Below, piece by piece: positions 38,347-51,772 of a stretch of DNA of 64,000 nucleotides; position 1 is the stretch's first letter, and each line of letters begins with the position of its first letter. The DNA lies in contig JBHGNT010000008.1 in assembly GCA_043228905.1 (NCBI GenBank), positions 868,001 through 932,000 on the forward strand. Direction: 5' to 3'. Both the position numbers and the translations under genes were made by a program. The DNA is from Azolla caroliniana. Its lineage: Eukaryota > Plantae > Polypodiophyta. The notes below the pieces were generated by a model. The model had not been told where the DNA came from and did no database searches. It saw only the letters and a program-made list of their open reading frames with translations.

Positions 38347-41300
38347 TCAAACAATCGCTGATTCTCCACCTGTGCTGAATAATCGATGGCAATATTTACA
38401 TTTCTCTAATTTCCTGCGTGGGATAATAGATTGGGAGTGAATAGGTGCCCTGCCATAATATTTATCTCAATAGATTAGAATTAGCAAATGTTTCAAAAAC
38501 ATACTGAGTTACAGTACTTCAACGAGAATTTATGCACCACCGTCTGATATAAAACATGCTCTTGTAAACTCACCAATATTGATTCCAAAGCATGTATTCG
38601 TCAGAAACTGCTGCTTCACCATCAGAATTGCGATGCCAAAGGAAATAGGCATGTGTGCGATTCTTTATTTCTAGCCTTCCATGCCCAAAACTTGCTTCTC
38701 TAAATGCTGAATAATCAGGTTGAGGCTCTGTAAAGCTGCAAGTTGGAATGCAAGTGTAGTATTTGAGAAAGAATGAAGCTTTTATCCATTGTAACCAAAA
38801 AAGCAGGTTTGAATACAAACATTCTGAAAGCTCACTAATTAACAATAAAAATACCATTGTTTTCCCTCTTCCCAAAGAGATCATCATCTCTCAAGATGGA
38901 TTTTGGCTTCACAGAAAAGACCAATCTTTGATGTGGGTTTAAGCACCCATTGAATGCTTATGACAAGGGACACAGAATATCCTTGGTTCATATTATATAG
39001 GAGATGCTATCTCTAGCATGACAACCAATACAATTGTTTCCCACTTAACCAAAAAAAAAAGAGAGCTATATTAAAGTATTTTAAGAGGCCAAAATTCCCT
39101 ATAAGACTAAACAAGTGATTGTATCTTAAAACGTTCTCTCATGATCTATTTTGACGTTAGAAACAAATCCCAAATTTTGAAGTTTGGTCCAAGTAACCTA
39201 TGGGTTGAAGCACCCATTGGATGCTTATGGTGAGGAACACAAAATATCCTTCATACAATAGGGAATGCCATATCTAGCCCTTGCATGTCTAGCATGACTA
39301 GAATTTGGGGGATGTGTGTGAAACAGATGCATGCATATATGGTTTGAGGATATGGACAATTTTCTGGTGCTTTTTATCCATCATCCTTCAACTGGTTTGA
39401 ATCACAAGTATATACAGATAATATTTGAGAGTTCACTAAGTTTTAAAAAAAGAAGTTCATTTGATCGTAACTTGCATAAAGCTCTTTGCAGAGACAGTGT
39501 AAACTGAGGGAAATAGCAAGGTTGGGTTCCACGCCATTGCCCCAACTCATTGGGTTTTAGATGCAGTTGACATTTTGAGACAGAGAGTTTCCTTATGCTC
39601 TACAATTAAGAGATATTTGACCTTAGATCACCAAAAGAAATTTCTTAAAGGCTGGCTTTACTCCTACATACATAATAGGTAAGGCCACATGTTCTACCTT
39701 TCCATCACCATGTGTATGGATTTTCATACCTATTCTTTCTTTACTGCCATATAAAATATGCACACCATTGTAATTGCAATTACGAACTCTCATAGTTTAT
39801 AAATGCGAGTATGCTTGTCAAATAGCGGAGGTAATATTTCTTGTTTCTTCTTTTGATAACAGGGAATCGTCACTTACATGCCAGCAATGCCCTCAATATT
39901 GCCACCATCACCAACTGTTAAGTAAAGTGGAGCAGAGTCATCTTTCACAGGGACACGTGCTCCATTCAGTACATTGCTTGCAACATTAGAAACCCTATAC
40001 TGCACAATGAAACTAAGTTTTATCCTTCTTATGCTCTACATAGTTTAAAACTAAGGATAATGTTAACAGTTAAAAGATCACTTACAGATCTTTCATAGGC
40101 GTGGACATGACCTGCAAATACAACATCAACTTTATGCTTCAAAAACCAGGTTTCAAATTCAATCCTCATTGCTTCCCCTTCCATATAATGGGCAGTGTTG
40201 CTATTGTACCATGGTGCATGCATCAAAATTATTAACCATGGTGTCACATTCCTGTCAACTCTTTCGAGCTCATCTCTTAACCACATCCACTGAGGTGTAT
40301 ATTTTGCTATTACAAGAAAAGTGAGATGTTAGACCCCTGCATTAGTCTCAAGGTCCTTAGTTTCCTAGACAATTTATTCAAAACAAAATAAACTTTTTAC
40401 CATATCTATAAGATCAATATCAATGCCTTCGTAGAGGTCAACAACAGAGCATTCAACTTACACGTCTTCTCTAACAGTAACCTTGTTCACAAAGTTACAA
40501 ATTTGAAGTTCAAATAATGTTGATGCAAGAGAACCTAACTGATGGCGCTACTTATCCCTAAGATGTCAATAGAAAAAACATCAACATCCGGAAAAAGCAA
40601 CACACCGGGAATCTGAAGTTAATGCAGTGTTATCTAATCCTTTTGATGGTTTTGTAGATTTCAAGCTTGTTCACTTAGAGCAAACAAAGAAAAATATCCA
40701 AATTTTCTCTTTTTCCAGATTGATGTGTGTGGCTGCCATTTTGGACACATTGGGAACCTTTCCAAATGGCTCCCAATTATTAAATTTTAATAATTCTTTG
40801 ACAATTTCTGGATACAACCTTCTGTGTATATGTATTTTAGTTATATAAGTATGTGTCTACGAAAATCCTCTAAAATATTGATAATTGCATGAAAGAAAAT
40901 ATTCATCTTGTAGACTTGTATAATCATCAATCAAATGCATAGATCCCAAAAACATACCTCCGAAATTTCAATTGTTTATCTCAAGTATGGTTCTTGAAAA
41001 AGTATATAACAGATGACAAAAACATGAATATCATTGGTCATAAGAATAGACTCCATATGCATATTGCTAAGTACATATGATTGCCAATGATGCACTTATG
41101 GTTCTTCGAAGCATGCATTACAAAGGGATGACCTCAAACTTAAATCTGAGATCAAACTTCTTCTTTTTTTCTCATCAGATAACCATTGTCTTATAACCAT
41201 AGTTGTACTATGGCCAAGTACCCTAAGATGTTTTAATTATTGATATTCGTGTATTCCGTCTACCAGTATATCTGATTAATGCAAGGATGATTAAATGAGC

Positions 41301-42297
41301 TAGTTCTTCCTATGTTGCTTTTTTTAAATGCTCACCATATGCAGAATAGCTTGACAGAACAATGATGTGGGCAGATGCTCTCCGAATGGCATACCATAGG
41401 GGTGATGTACTCTGTGAAGCTAGATAAGGTGTGGGAAACCGGTGCATAAACGGTTTAAAAGAATCTTCTTCCCCCTACAGATTTATTGAAATCAATCAAA
41501 CTTTGTTGAGGTTAAATCATTACTTTTTTTCTCGTTTTATTTGGAGCAAAGTAACCATTATACCATTTACAACAAGATATATTGAACCATTATGCAAAAA
41601 GTAATGTTGGTTTTTTATTATCTTCAGTTTTAGTCTTTAGATTAGAGTTTTGGCCTTGATTGATACCATCAACATTCAGAGAAATTTACTTCCAAGACCC
41701 CGATAACATGAAGAATTTCTTTATACATTCATTGCACTAGCCTGTTGTTTTCCACTTTAAGATTTATAGCACCTTTTGAAAAATCTAGAAAAACTGTTGC
41801 ACCAGGGCTTAGTTTTTACAGTTATCCTTTTCAAACATAGATTTATAGCCTATTCTCTTCTTTTGTTTAAGATGTTACATAATGAACTCATACTTGAATG
41901 ACTCCTGGTGCATAGCATAAAACATCTATACCAAGTACTCTAAATTTCTGCAACACAGAGCATGGTACGACAGCGTGTGCAGCAGGCAGAAAGAGTGGAT
42001 GAAATTGCACTGATTCACATTAAAATAAAAGAAAACTATGTAGAGAAAGCAGCTTACAAGTTGTGGCTTGAACTCAATTTCATGATTGCCAGCTGTCCAG
42101 ATCCATGGTTGATAAGCTGTATTTGATTCCACAAAGCGTCCCCACGAATCCCACCGCACACCATTATCAAGAGGATAATTGTCAGCATAAGAGAGATCGC
42201 CGACATATAGAACTGTTTGCCCATTAGATTGCTTATAATGCTCAAGTGTAGTGTGTGAATCATACGTTTGGCCTAAATCCCCTGGAACACACACACA

Positions 42298-42350
<53 letters not shown>

Positions 42351-45300
42351 CTTTTCTTTTCTTTTTTTCATAATATTACTATATGATATTGTGCTGATTT
42401 CTGACTCTCCAGAGGGACTACAAAGGCATCTAAATGCCTTAAAACTATTTTGTACGGACATAGGTTTGTCAATCAACATGAATAAAACTAAAGTGATGGT
42501 GTTTAACACCACCCAAGCATGGGTAACAAGATCAGAACCAGAATTCTTCTTGGGAGAGGAAAAGGTGGAATACACACGCTCCTACACATACCTAGGAGTA
42601 ACATTTACAGGACCTAGGTTCTCTTTACAGGAGGCCGCTTGTGCCCGACTTTCTCTTGCATATGCAGCCCTTGGTGCTCTCAAGAGACAATGTGCACATT
42701 TGCAATTCCAAAAGCCACGGACTAAGCTATGGTTATTTGATATACTTGTCACACCAACTCTTCTCTATGGAGTAGAGACATGGGGACTGAGTCTTAACAA
42801 GGCAAATCATTGGAAAGATTTAGAGAGACCTTTAGTGTCAATGATTGCTCGCATGATAAGGAGCAAAGCATCAGTGCCCCACGATATAATCCGGGCAGAG
42901 ATGGGAGCAGCACCTATAATGACCGAGGCGTTGTTCCGATCAGTGACATTTATCCAACGTCTTTGGGAGCTCCCTAAACGAAGGTACCCAAGGTTGGCAC
43001 TTATGTCATCAAAACAACTGGCTGAAAATGGAGACACTCATTGTTGGTATGCTGAAATGCAGCAATGGTTCGAGTCACATGGCATGAGTATAAATGCACT
43101 ACCCCCGTTCCAATATAGCTTGGACTGTCCCCATCTAAATATGACCAAAGTGGAAAAGAATAGAGTGATCCGAACTGATATTATTAACTTGGAAAACAAG
43201 ATAACATGGATCAGCCCCAAAATACCACTTGGTACAAAGATGCCGCATTATAAGACACTTCTTACATACATCAGAGGATGGATTTGTCATCAGGCCACCT
43301 TATATGGACATACATCTATCCTATGCGCTGCGTAGTGTGATAGGGCAGCTGCGAACTTCATCACATCAGCTACAAATTGAGGTAGGCAGATATACACGAC
43401 TACCTCTAAAAGAGAGAATTTGCCAATTGTGTCATCAAGGAGTGGAATCTGAAGAACACTATGTTTGTCATTGTAGTGTCTTTTATGAAATCAGAGGGAG
43501 ATACCATTGCCTCTTTAAACAAGGCTTTGGCCCACTACGCAAGGTAATGGAATATGAGGACCAACAATGCCTACGACTTTTCTTGCTAGAGCTCAAGAGA
43601 CATCGAGAAAAGTTGTTGAAGAATACAACCACACAAGCTCATCCACAAAGAACAATCACAACTTTCTTTAGCCCCATCACTCCTAATGCTAGAAGTCAAC
43701 CCCGGGATACACAAATGGGCTTCAGACCAGGACATAACAAAGGGGTTACAATTGATCGGGCAATGGCAATTTGCCGTGCACGTAGGCCTCGGCCCCATGG
43801 ACCAAGACCTCGACACCCTTGTCATCGACAAATAAAAGCCATTATCTCCCACCATCATAGGTGCTTCCCTCACTTCGGAGACATTTCCATTCTGGATCGA
43901 CCTATGCTAGAGATCTTTCGAAGACAAAAGCTACAATATACCTAACTTGAGGATCTCACATGTGCCAAAAACCAGATTCCCTCATTTCTTTTCTTTTCAT
44001 GTTATTTACTTTTATATTTACTGTGTAATATTTATTTTATTTTGATTTGTTCTCAAAGACGAGACAACACTTAAGATGTAATCTCTTATTTGGTCTTATA
44101 GGCCATTTTGGCCTCTTAAAAGACGTTAATATCTCTCTCTCTCTCTCTCTCTCTCTAACCATGGGACTGATCAAACTTTAATCTCTCATGAGGACCGTAA
44201 TAAAGTAATACGCCAAGAAATATGGCAAATTACACCCGATATAAATGGATCACCCCACGAGAGTCACTCCCATTTAAAATGTTATACTATAAGGAACACT
44301 TCATGCACTTCTCTAAGTTAGGTTTTATTACACGACCAAAATATCTAGATACATTCTTATCAAATGCACTAAGGGTGGCCATTGGACAACTTAGGATATC
44401 ATCTCACCAACTTGAGATTGAGAATGGTTGTGCTAATAGAGTCCCTAGAGAGGAAAGACTATGTAGGTTATGTCACATAGAGATAGAGGATGAGTATCAC
44501 TTTACATGCAAGTGTCCATCTTATGCCGAGATAAGGGCAAAATACCAAGACATACTAGGACCCTCTCCCACCCTCTCCAAACTATTAGATACCCAGGATA
44601 TAAAGAGACTAGGTAGGTATATCTTAGAGCTAAAACAACATAGGGAGAATAAACTACAAAGTGTTAACCATAACCTTTTTAATATTCACCAACATGTAAC
44701 TAATGTAATTTTTCGAGGACCCTCTCCCACCCTCTCCAAACTATTAGATACCCAGGATATAAAGAGACTAGGTAGGTATATCTTAGAGCTAAAACAACAT
44801 AGGGAGAATAAACTACAAAGTGTTAACCATAACCTTTTTAATATTCACCAACATGTAACTAATGTAATTTTTCGGGAACAAGGGGAGACGATGAATGTGG
44901 ACACACCTACACCACTCGGCCTCTCTCTTGATGAAGCATAAATGCAAAGAACAGCCAAACGCCCTCGGATGTCAGGCTTCAAAGCAACTTGACGTGGAGT
45001 AGAAACAATTAAGAAGATAAGGGAACGTGTGCTATGCCGCCTAGAAGCTATGGTTGGGGTACCTTTTACATTGGGACCACGAGCCACATCCACATCGAAA
45101 CCCTTTGACCTCCCACTTCTTTTCAAGAGACTTGGATGGAAATGAAACTAGGCCTAGTACAAAACCATCGAACATGATTTTTTACTAGAACTCTTTAGCT
45201 TGAGTTCTTTTTTCTTTTTTTTTACTTTCGATGAATGGGTAAATACCCCATTTTTGTTGTAAACCAATTGTTTCATGGGCCAATTTTGGTCTTAGAAGAC

Positions 45301-46478
45301 ATTAATATATCTTGATTTCTTTCTTTCTTTCTCACACACACACACACACAAATTTAACCTCGAGTATGGCAGCCACATCAATAGTTTGCCCCATGATCCA
45401 TGTTGGCTCCTTGTGGGCATGAGTTAATATTATCATCATCCTCTCTCAAAAAGATATAGCATGGTGTTCCTAGAGAAAAACTATGGAAACCACGTCTATT
45501 CTAGGACGTTTGTAACACAACAAAAGTGAGTTTAATTTAATCTAATCACGGAGTAGTCATACCATGTCCTATAGGTTACCATGCTCATCTTGGCTGCTAC
45601 ACATGGTTATCCTGCCTCATTACAGAATATTTCAATGATCAATGCACTTACTAAGTCATACCAAAGGGACAATAACTGGTTCCAAAGTTTCAAAATAGGA
45701 TGCCAATTGCTTGATAATAGCAAACCAAAAATGGTAATTCATCAAGCTTAACCTGTTTTACTTGATGGAAGCAAGAATATCCCATGGTACCCTTCATACA
45801 TTGTTTACATACCAATCACCCCAAAAACATGTGATGCATCTGGACGGGGTTTAGGTGGAGTTATAAACCAGAATTCACGAGCATCACTTCCAACCCCAAT
45901 CTTGTATGTATAATTGGCATCATGCTGTAGAAAACAAACAATACATAGAAAACACATCAAGTTCTACGTTGTTGAGATTCTTTTTTCTCGAATATTAAAC
46001 AGCCGCATACCATGAGACCTTGTATAAGACAATGGTGAATAAAGCCGGATGTGTAGTTTCCAAATTTATACATTGTGACATTAACATTGTTGTTATCATG
46101 TTTGATATCATCATTTGCAAGAGAATATGATAGAGTATCTGACGTGTTCGCAAAATTTGTAACCCATGAAATGATCATAGCCTGTCCATCATAATCTCCT
46201 TGGGTGATATGTACCTAAGCATTAAAAAACATATTTGTTTTCTACAGAAAAAGTCATTGCATTATTTTATAAGTTCTGATTGTCAATAGTTATATTATCA
46301 CCTGTTGTGGTGCATTGACTCTCTCTGGAATACGAAAAACAGGATTGTCAAGTGACATATCTTCTGATGCAGAAGATTTTCGGGTGTAAATACTTGTCTT
46401 CCCTGCATAACAAACTGCAAGGTTCCCAAGCAAGGCAACAAGGATATACGACAGAAAAGGGTTCCACCTTGTTTCCAT
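38347..46478 (-). CDS. Purple acid phosphatase (high-MW secreted/vacuolar type, PAP10/12/26-like); exons 46478-46302, 46214-46011, 45924-45813, 42281-42058, 41474-41336, 40306-40086, 39999-39878, 38735-38574, 38449-38347
   Basis: Signal peptide, APQQVHITQGD, and all five metal-ligand motifs (GDLG, GDLSY, GNHE, LMH, GHVH), plus GDGGN and FREASFGHG; splice phases are consistent. Confidence 0.95.
42370..44156 (+). mobile_element. 5'-truncated RTEX-like LINE (RT C-terminal half plus CCHC finger) in PAP intron 3
   Basis: [45 protein letters not shown], then after a frameshift near 43250 [32 protein letters not shown]; the 3' end runs into (CT)n. Confidence 0.85.
44157..45350 (+). mobile_element. 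Second, shorter RTEX-like LINE 3' fragment (different subfamily) with an in-frame 159-bp internal duplication
   Basis: [33 protein letters not shown]; 44558-44716 is repeated at 44717-44875; the 3' terminus resembles that of the first element and runs into (CTTT)n(CA)n. Confidence 0.85.
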
Positions 46479-46724
46479 TCTGCAAGTCACATTAGAACCT
46501 GTAACAGAGAGCCTAGCGTTATCAACTTCAAAGACCAAATTCGGCTAGGTATCTGAGTTGTAAATTGCAGCATATAACTGATAAAATAATACATATGTGA
46601 AAGCTCCCTACAAGAGAACCTATTTGCAAATATGAAACAGATTTGTACATTATCAAAAACAATGGTGTTTCCCTATGAACATCATTGGCAATTTGATAAC
46701 AGTGGAGTTTTCCTGGGAATATTC

Positions 46725-47655
46725 TTCAGGATTCACACACAATAACTGCTCAATTATCTACGAATTTCCTTCAGGACTACAAAGGTAACAATTACTCAAT
46801 TTTTTCTATCCATTTTCTTCAAGATCTTACAAGCAATTATGCTCGTGTGTCTGTGGATTGCTTATATTATTTCATTGGCAACATTTAGTTGTGCATCTAG
46901 GATTTCGCAATCAACAACTGCTCATATATCTATGGATTTTGTCTTGGATTTCACAAACACAATTGTTCGAGTTTCTACTTTATTTCTTCCGGAATTCACC
47001 AAAAATAACTACTAATTATCTGTAGGTTTTCTTGATAACTCCACAATCGACAACTACTCATTTATCTGTGATTTTCTTCAAGTACTCCACAATCAATCAA
47101 CATCTGCTCATTTATCTATGCACTTTCCTCAGCATTTCACAAGCAACAACTACCCATTACCCTATGAGTTTCACAAGTAACATGCATTTTCTCTCAGATT
47201 TCAGTGGCAGTAACTGTTCATTTATCTAAGGATTCTTAGCTCTTCATGGATTTCACGGGCAAACAATGGGTCATCTGTAAATGGAATCTCTCCAGGATTT
47301 CACAAGAAAAGAAAGAATGGTCTATTATCTATAAAATTTCTGCGGGATTTCACGAGAAAAAATGGATACTGGTTTACCCATGGATTTTCATCAGCACTTT
47401 GATCATAAGCTCTTCCATGGATAGAATCTTTCCACAAGTTCAAGAGCAAACAACTGTTCATCTGTTGATGGAATTCCCTACAGGATTTCACGCGAACAAA
47501 CCCGGGATTTTCTTCAGAGTTTGACAAGCAAAACAACTGATCATCTGAGTATGGGATTTCTTCAGGGATTCCACCAGCAAACAACTGGACACTAATCGAC
47601 ATGGTTTTGTGCGTAAACAGACGGTTAGTTATCTGTCTATGGAATTCCCTTCAGA
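46725..47655. repeat. Degenerate ~47-bp minisatellite in the predicted 5'-UTR intron of the PAP gene
   Basis: Recurrent unit resembling ggatttcacaagcaacaactgctcatttatctatggattttcttca; flanked on the - strand by a donor (CAG|GTAAC ~47669) and an acceptor (TTACAG| ~46500). Confidence 0.75.
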
Positions 47656-47825
47656 ATCGATGATGTTACCTGAAAGAAGAACAAGATTCAAGAAGGCAGC
47701 TCTCCTCCGATGTGGTATTTGCTTCGCTCAGTGAGACAGAGTAAAGAAAGGCAACAGGAAAAATAAAATCAAACGACAGAATGAGTGTCCGACATAGCTT
47801 CACACATTGAGCTGTTTCATTGCAG

Positions 47826-48060
47826 ATATATATATATATATATACTGTATAGTATATACATATATATATATACTGTATACATATATACACTGTACACATA
47901 TATATGTATATATACATACATATATAATGTATACATACATGATACATATATATAATAATACAAATTACAATAATATACATATATGTATCTATGTATGTAT
48001 ATACACATATGTATACATGTATGTACATACACATATATATGTATGTATGTATGTATATGC
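47826..48060. repeat. (TA)/(TACA)/(TATG) low-complexity tract; similar tracts at 23704-23790 and 31067-31200
   Basis: Read directly. Confidence 0.9.
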
Positions 48061-48134
48061 TTTGCTTATATATAAACAATGCATTGAGCATTATTGCTAT
48101 GTGCATAATGTCACGCGCTAGCGACTAACTAGCG

Positions 48135-48460
48135 ATTGTGTATCGAAGATTGCCTCATTGTTAAATATAGAGATTAAAAAGTGCTACAACTCACTCAAAC
48201 GGTTGGTGAAAAGCTCCTCCAAAACTATATTTAAATAGTGATTGTGCATGGAAGATTGTCTGACTGCTAAAAATAAAGAGTGAAATGCTATGGTTCCCTC
48301 AAATGAAATGGTTGGTGAAAAAAAAAACCCCACTAGATTATATTCAAATAGTGATTCTAAATCGAAGATTGCGTGATTGATAAAGAAAAAAGAGCAAAAT
48401 ACTACAATTCACTTGAATGAAATCGTGGGTTGAAAAGCTCTTGCCAAACTATATTTGAAT
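48135..48460. repeat. Three diverged tandem copies of a ~105-113-bp unit
   Basis: gatt...gaagattg...ggt(t)gaaaa...tatatt.aa recurs at ~48135, ~48240 and ~48353. Confidence 0.8.
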
Positions 48461-48776
48461 TGTTCAAGTGCTACTACAAGATGTTGATAGCTAAAACAAC
48501 GAACATGCACTTCTTCACCTAAGAACCGGGTGTGTGCATGGGCAATTTTACCTAGACAAACAAACATGTTCGTCTATATATTCCATATTCTAGCATAGAA
48601 ATTGCCACACAAAAATTCATTACTTATTGCTCAATATTTTCTCCTCCAGTCTATCTCGAACATTAATAACACTCAAGTTGTACCATTTGCCAAATAATGA
48701 GGAAGCATGTCACATCATGCTATGAACGAACATATTGTTTGAACCATTGTGATGGTGCACTCTCTATGCTCTAATT

Positions 48777-49008
48777 CATAGTATGAACCATATGTACCAT
48801 ACGTGCATTCGCATTCGAAAATGTGTCAATCATTCGAGTATAGTAAACACCCTCAAAGTATGGTAAATACCATACTTTTATATTCATTATTTATTATAAG
48901 GTAAAAAGTGTAAAAAAAACTTAAGAATGTTTTGATAACATACGCATTCGTTTACATTCATATGAAAATGAATGTTTGCCAATGCATTTGAGCATATTAC
49001 GTACTATG
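48777..49008. mobile_element. hAT-type MITE (232 bp)
   Basis: TIRs CATAGTA...TACTATG flanked by an exact 8-bp TSD CTCTAATT (48769-48776 and 49009-49016). Confidence 0.85.
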
Positions 49009-49149
49009 CTCTAATTAGTAAGCATTATTAATATGCTTTCCATTTGCTTGTTTTATGTTCGAGCCTTAGAATGTTCATGCCTTTTTCCTCTTTCCTGGAT
49101 GCATGTGTGAGTACTCTTAAATCAATAAACAACTAGATTTGTAAATAAG

Positions 49150-51343
49150 CCTTTTGTTTTCAAGTTATAGAGGTGCCAATATGGTGTCAAATAATTTCAC
49201 AATCACCTTAGGAGTGCTCCATGATACCATGCCTCTTCATTGTTGTAGCCACACACTCACACTGTCAAATAGTATGTATCAAATCATGCTTATCGCCTTT
49301 TCCCTTATGGATGGTTATTCGCCATATTCTCCCCCTTCTCTGGAATTTGCATATTCACAAATCACATTACAATAAAAGCCACACTTCATTGTTGTGATTC
49401 ACCAAGCAAAACATTCCAGCATTTTGTTATGGCTCATAACAATTATCCTTTCTTTACATACAGAAACACATGTGATCCACGTAACATGTCCATGTGCAAA
49501 AGGAACAATATTCCTCGTTTCCCTCAGTTTTATTGGTCGCTTGTGCTCCATCATCTTGGATTGTTGGCTGGGGGTGCTAAAAATGGAGGCATATATAGTA
49601 TGTTGTAATGATGTGGCATGTGTGAGTGGGCTCTTGAAACCTATAAAAGGAGGAGAGAGCTCATTGTTGGAAGGTGAATTTGGTATCAACCTTCATCAAC
49701 GAACAATTCAATCCGTTTATCAAAGGAGTGAGGGAGATTTGCAATGACCAACTGACATGTCGTTGATTGAAACTCTTCATGCCTACTCCTAATAATTTCT
49801 CCTTCCATATTCTCAAGATTTTTGCTTCTTTCCCAAATCCAGCCCATGTAACGGGCTTTAGGATTTTAGCCTCAATTGTATTTTGTTACAAGCTTTTTAA
49901 GGTTATTGTGAAATTTGTAGTTTCTTCTAGTAAGTTATGTGTATATGGAAAATATTTTTACAAGGTCCCATGTGATTTACGGTTGAGTGACCATTGTCGT
50001 GGATCGAGATTTGAATCACTAACCATTCATCTACAAGTAAATTTGTGTAAATTCTTAGGAGATGATGTTTGATCTTTCATTGTTAAACATCTAGAAAATT
50101 TCACAAGAATTGTGACAAAATGTTCAGGTTTTCAATTGGAGTTTTCAAGAAGAAGTTATACATGAGAAAATTTGTGAATGGTAGGAGTTGAACCTGCTAT
50201 GCCGAGTCTCGAGAAACCTGGTGTTTAACCAACCTTGTAGCGCTTGTGTTATCAAGGGGTAGAGGGACATGAACACACGGCGCAATATTATTAGAGTCAT
50301 GCATTGGATGCATGAGAGTGTAACCATTCTATTTAATTGCCGCCGACTTGGCCACAACACCCAACTAGGCACGACTCACAAGTGACCATACAACTTGAGA
50401 ACATATAGCCATCCCAACACACGTGGGTGAATACTTGAACCATGTATTGAAAACACGAGTGAGTGTAGGCTACTTGAGTTCCACCTTTGAAGGGATGGAG
50501 TGCTTACACTCACAATCCTCAACTACATGGGTAGTTGAGCTACCAAACCATGATTATGTGGAGCGCTCGAGATTCCAACCCTAGACTATGTGGATCGCTT
50601 GAGCTTTGAAACCCCGAATGTGTCCCACCCCTCCATTGTGCAGAGCCTTCAAAGTCGCAACCTTTGAAGGGTGAGCGGGGTATTCAAGCACTCAACAGTT
50701 GACTCAACCATTACTCTCGACGGTCCTCATCACTCGAGCTCACAACCTTCAATGGTGTGGAGCCTTTGAGCACTTGGTTGCTGACTCGACTCCCAACCCT
50801 CAAGGGTGAGCACTTAGCCTTCCAACCCTCGAAGGTGACCATTGGAGTTCCCCACCCTCAAAGGTATAGAGCTCTCGACCTGAGAAAAAGAGGGGAAAGG
50901 AGTAGGAGTGCATACACAAAGAGGAACCTTTGAGCTTTAGCTTCTGGTCTTGATTGAAGGCTTGGCCCCCCAAGCTTACTTTCCTCACTTGACCCTCACC
51001 CATATACAACAACGTTACTTTTTGACCTTAGAGCCTAGACATGAATGCTCACACACACATCTATCTATCTATATATCTTCACAATCTTATAACTCGTATA
51101 ATATTAAATACTCTATTCATCCGCACTTGGGTGCATGAACCCACCATAATAATAAGTGGGTTCAAGGAACCCAACTTTGAAGAGGTGCCTCGGTAACACA
51201 ATGAAGTCCTGTGAAGAACCTATCGTCCATGGTAAAGGAGGTCCACCTATGCTCTCATATTCGGCACGACAAATGTCTGTGTTGCCATAGACAGAGGAGA
51301 AGTTCTCCCACAAAAATGATAAAAGATGGTGTGAAGAAAGTAA
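49150..51343. mobile_element. Degraded LTR-retrotransposon-derived region
   Basis: FSLMDGYS (gypsy RT-like) at ~49298-49320, LTR-like cctataaaagg at ~49640, degenerate ~32-bp repeats at 50470-50880; boundaries unclear. Confidence 0.35.
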
Positions 51344-51772
51344 CAATCAATGATGGTTAACCGAACCGTTTAAAATTGTTGAAACCTAAACCGAACCACG
51401 AAACTGTTAATTTGAACCATTAAAAAAAATCAAACCGTTAAGCCATTAAACAGGTAAAACCGTGGTTTCGTGATTCGGTTTCGGTTTTCAGCTTAGGACA
51501 AATTTTAAAAATTTCATTATTTAAAATATTTAAAATTTAAAGATTTTCCTAAGATGTGAGAATAAGGCATGAAAATGAAAAGATAGTTTAAAAACAATTT
51601 TTAAATTAAAAAAAAAAAGAAAAAAGAAAAAACGTTAAACCGCAGTTTCTAATTATTGAAATCAAATCGAACCGTTAAAAAAACCCAAACGTGAACCGAC
51701 CCGAACTGTTTAAACCGTTAAGCCGTGGTTTCGTTGTTCAGTTCGGTTCAAACCGAACCGTTGCCGTGATTG
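51344..51772. mobile_element. MITE-like element with AACCG/CGGTT subterminal repeats (hAT-like)
   Basis: Ends caatca...tgattg, many aaccg/cggtt motifs at both ends, AT-rich centre; no clean TSD. Confidence 0.6.

Noticed and set aside
23716-48121. ORFs rich in YI/MYVC/ER repeats (23716-24012, 30834-31136, 42273-42575, 47666-48121)
   Set aside because: They are translations of microsatellites or antisense to a LINE
45775-49356. P1BS (GNATATNC) sites at 45775, 46717 and 49349 as proof of PHR regulation
   Set aside because: The motif is short and expected by chance in AT-rich DNA, so it was not listed as a feature
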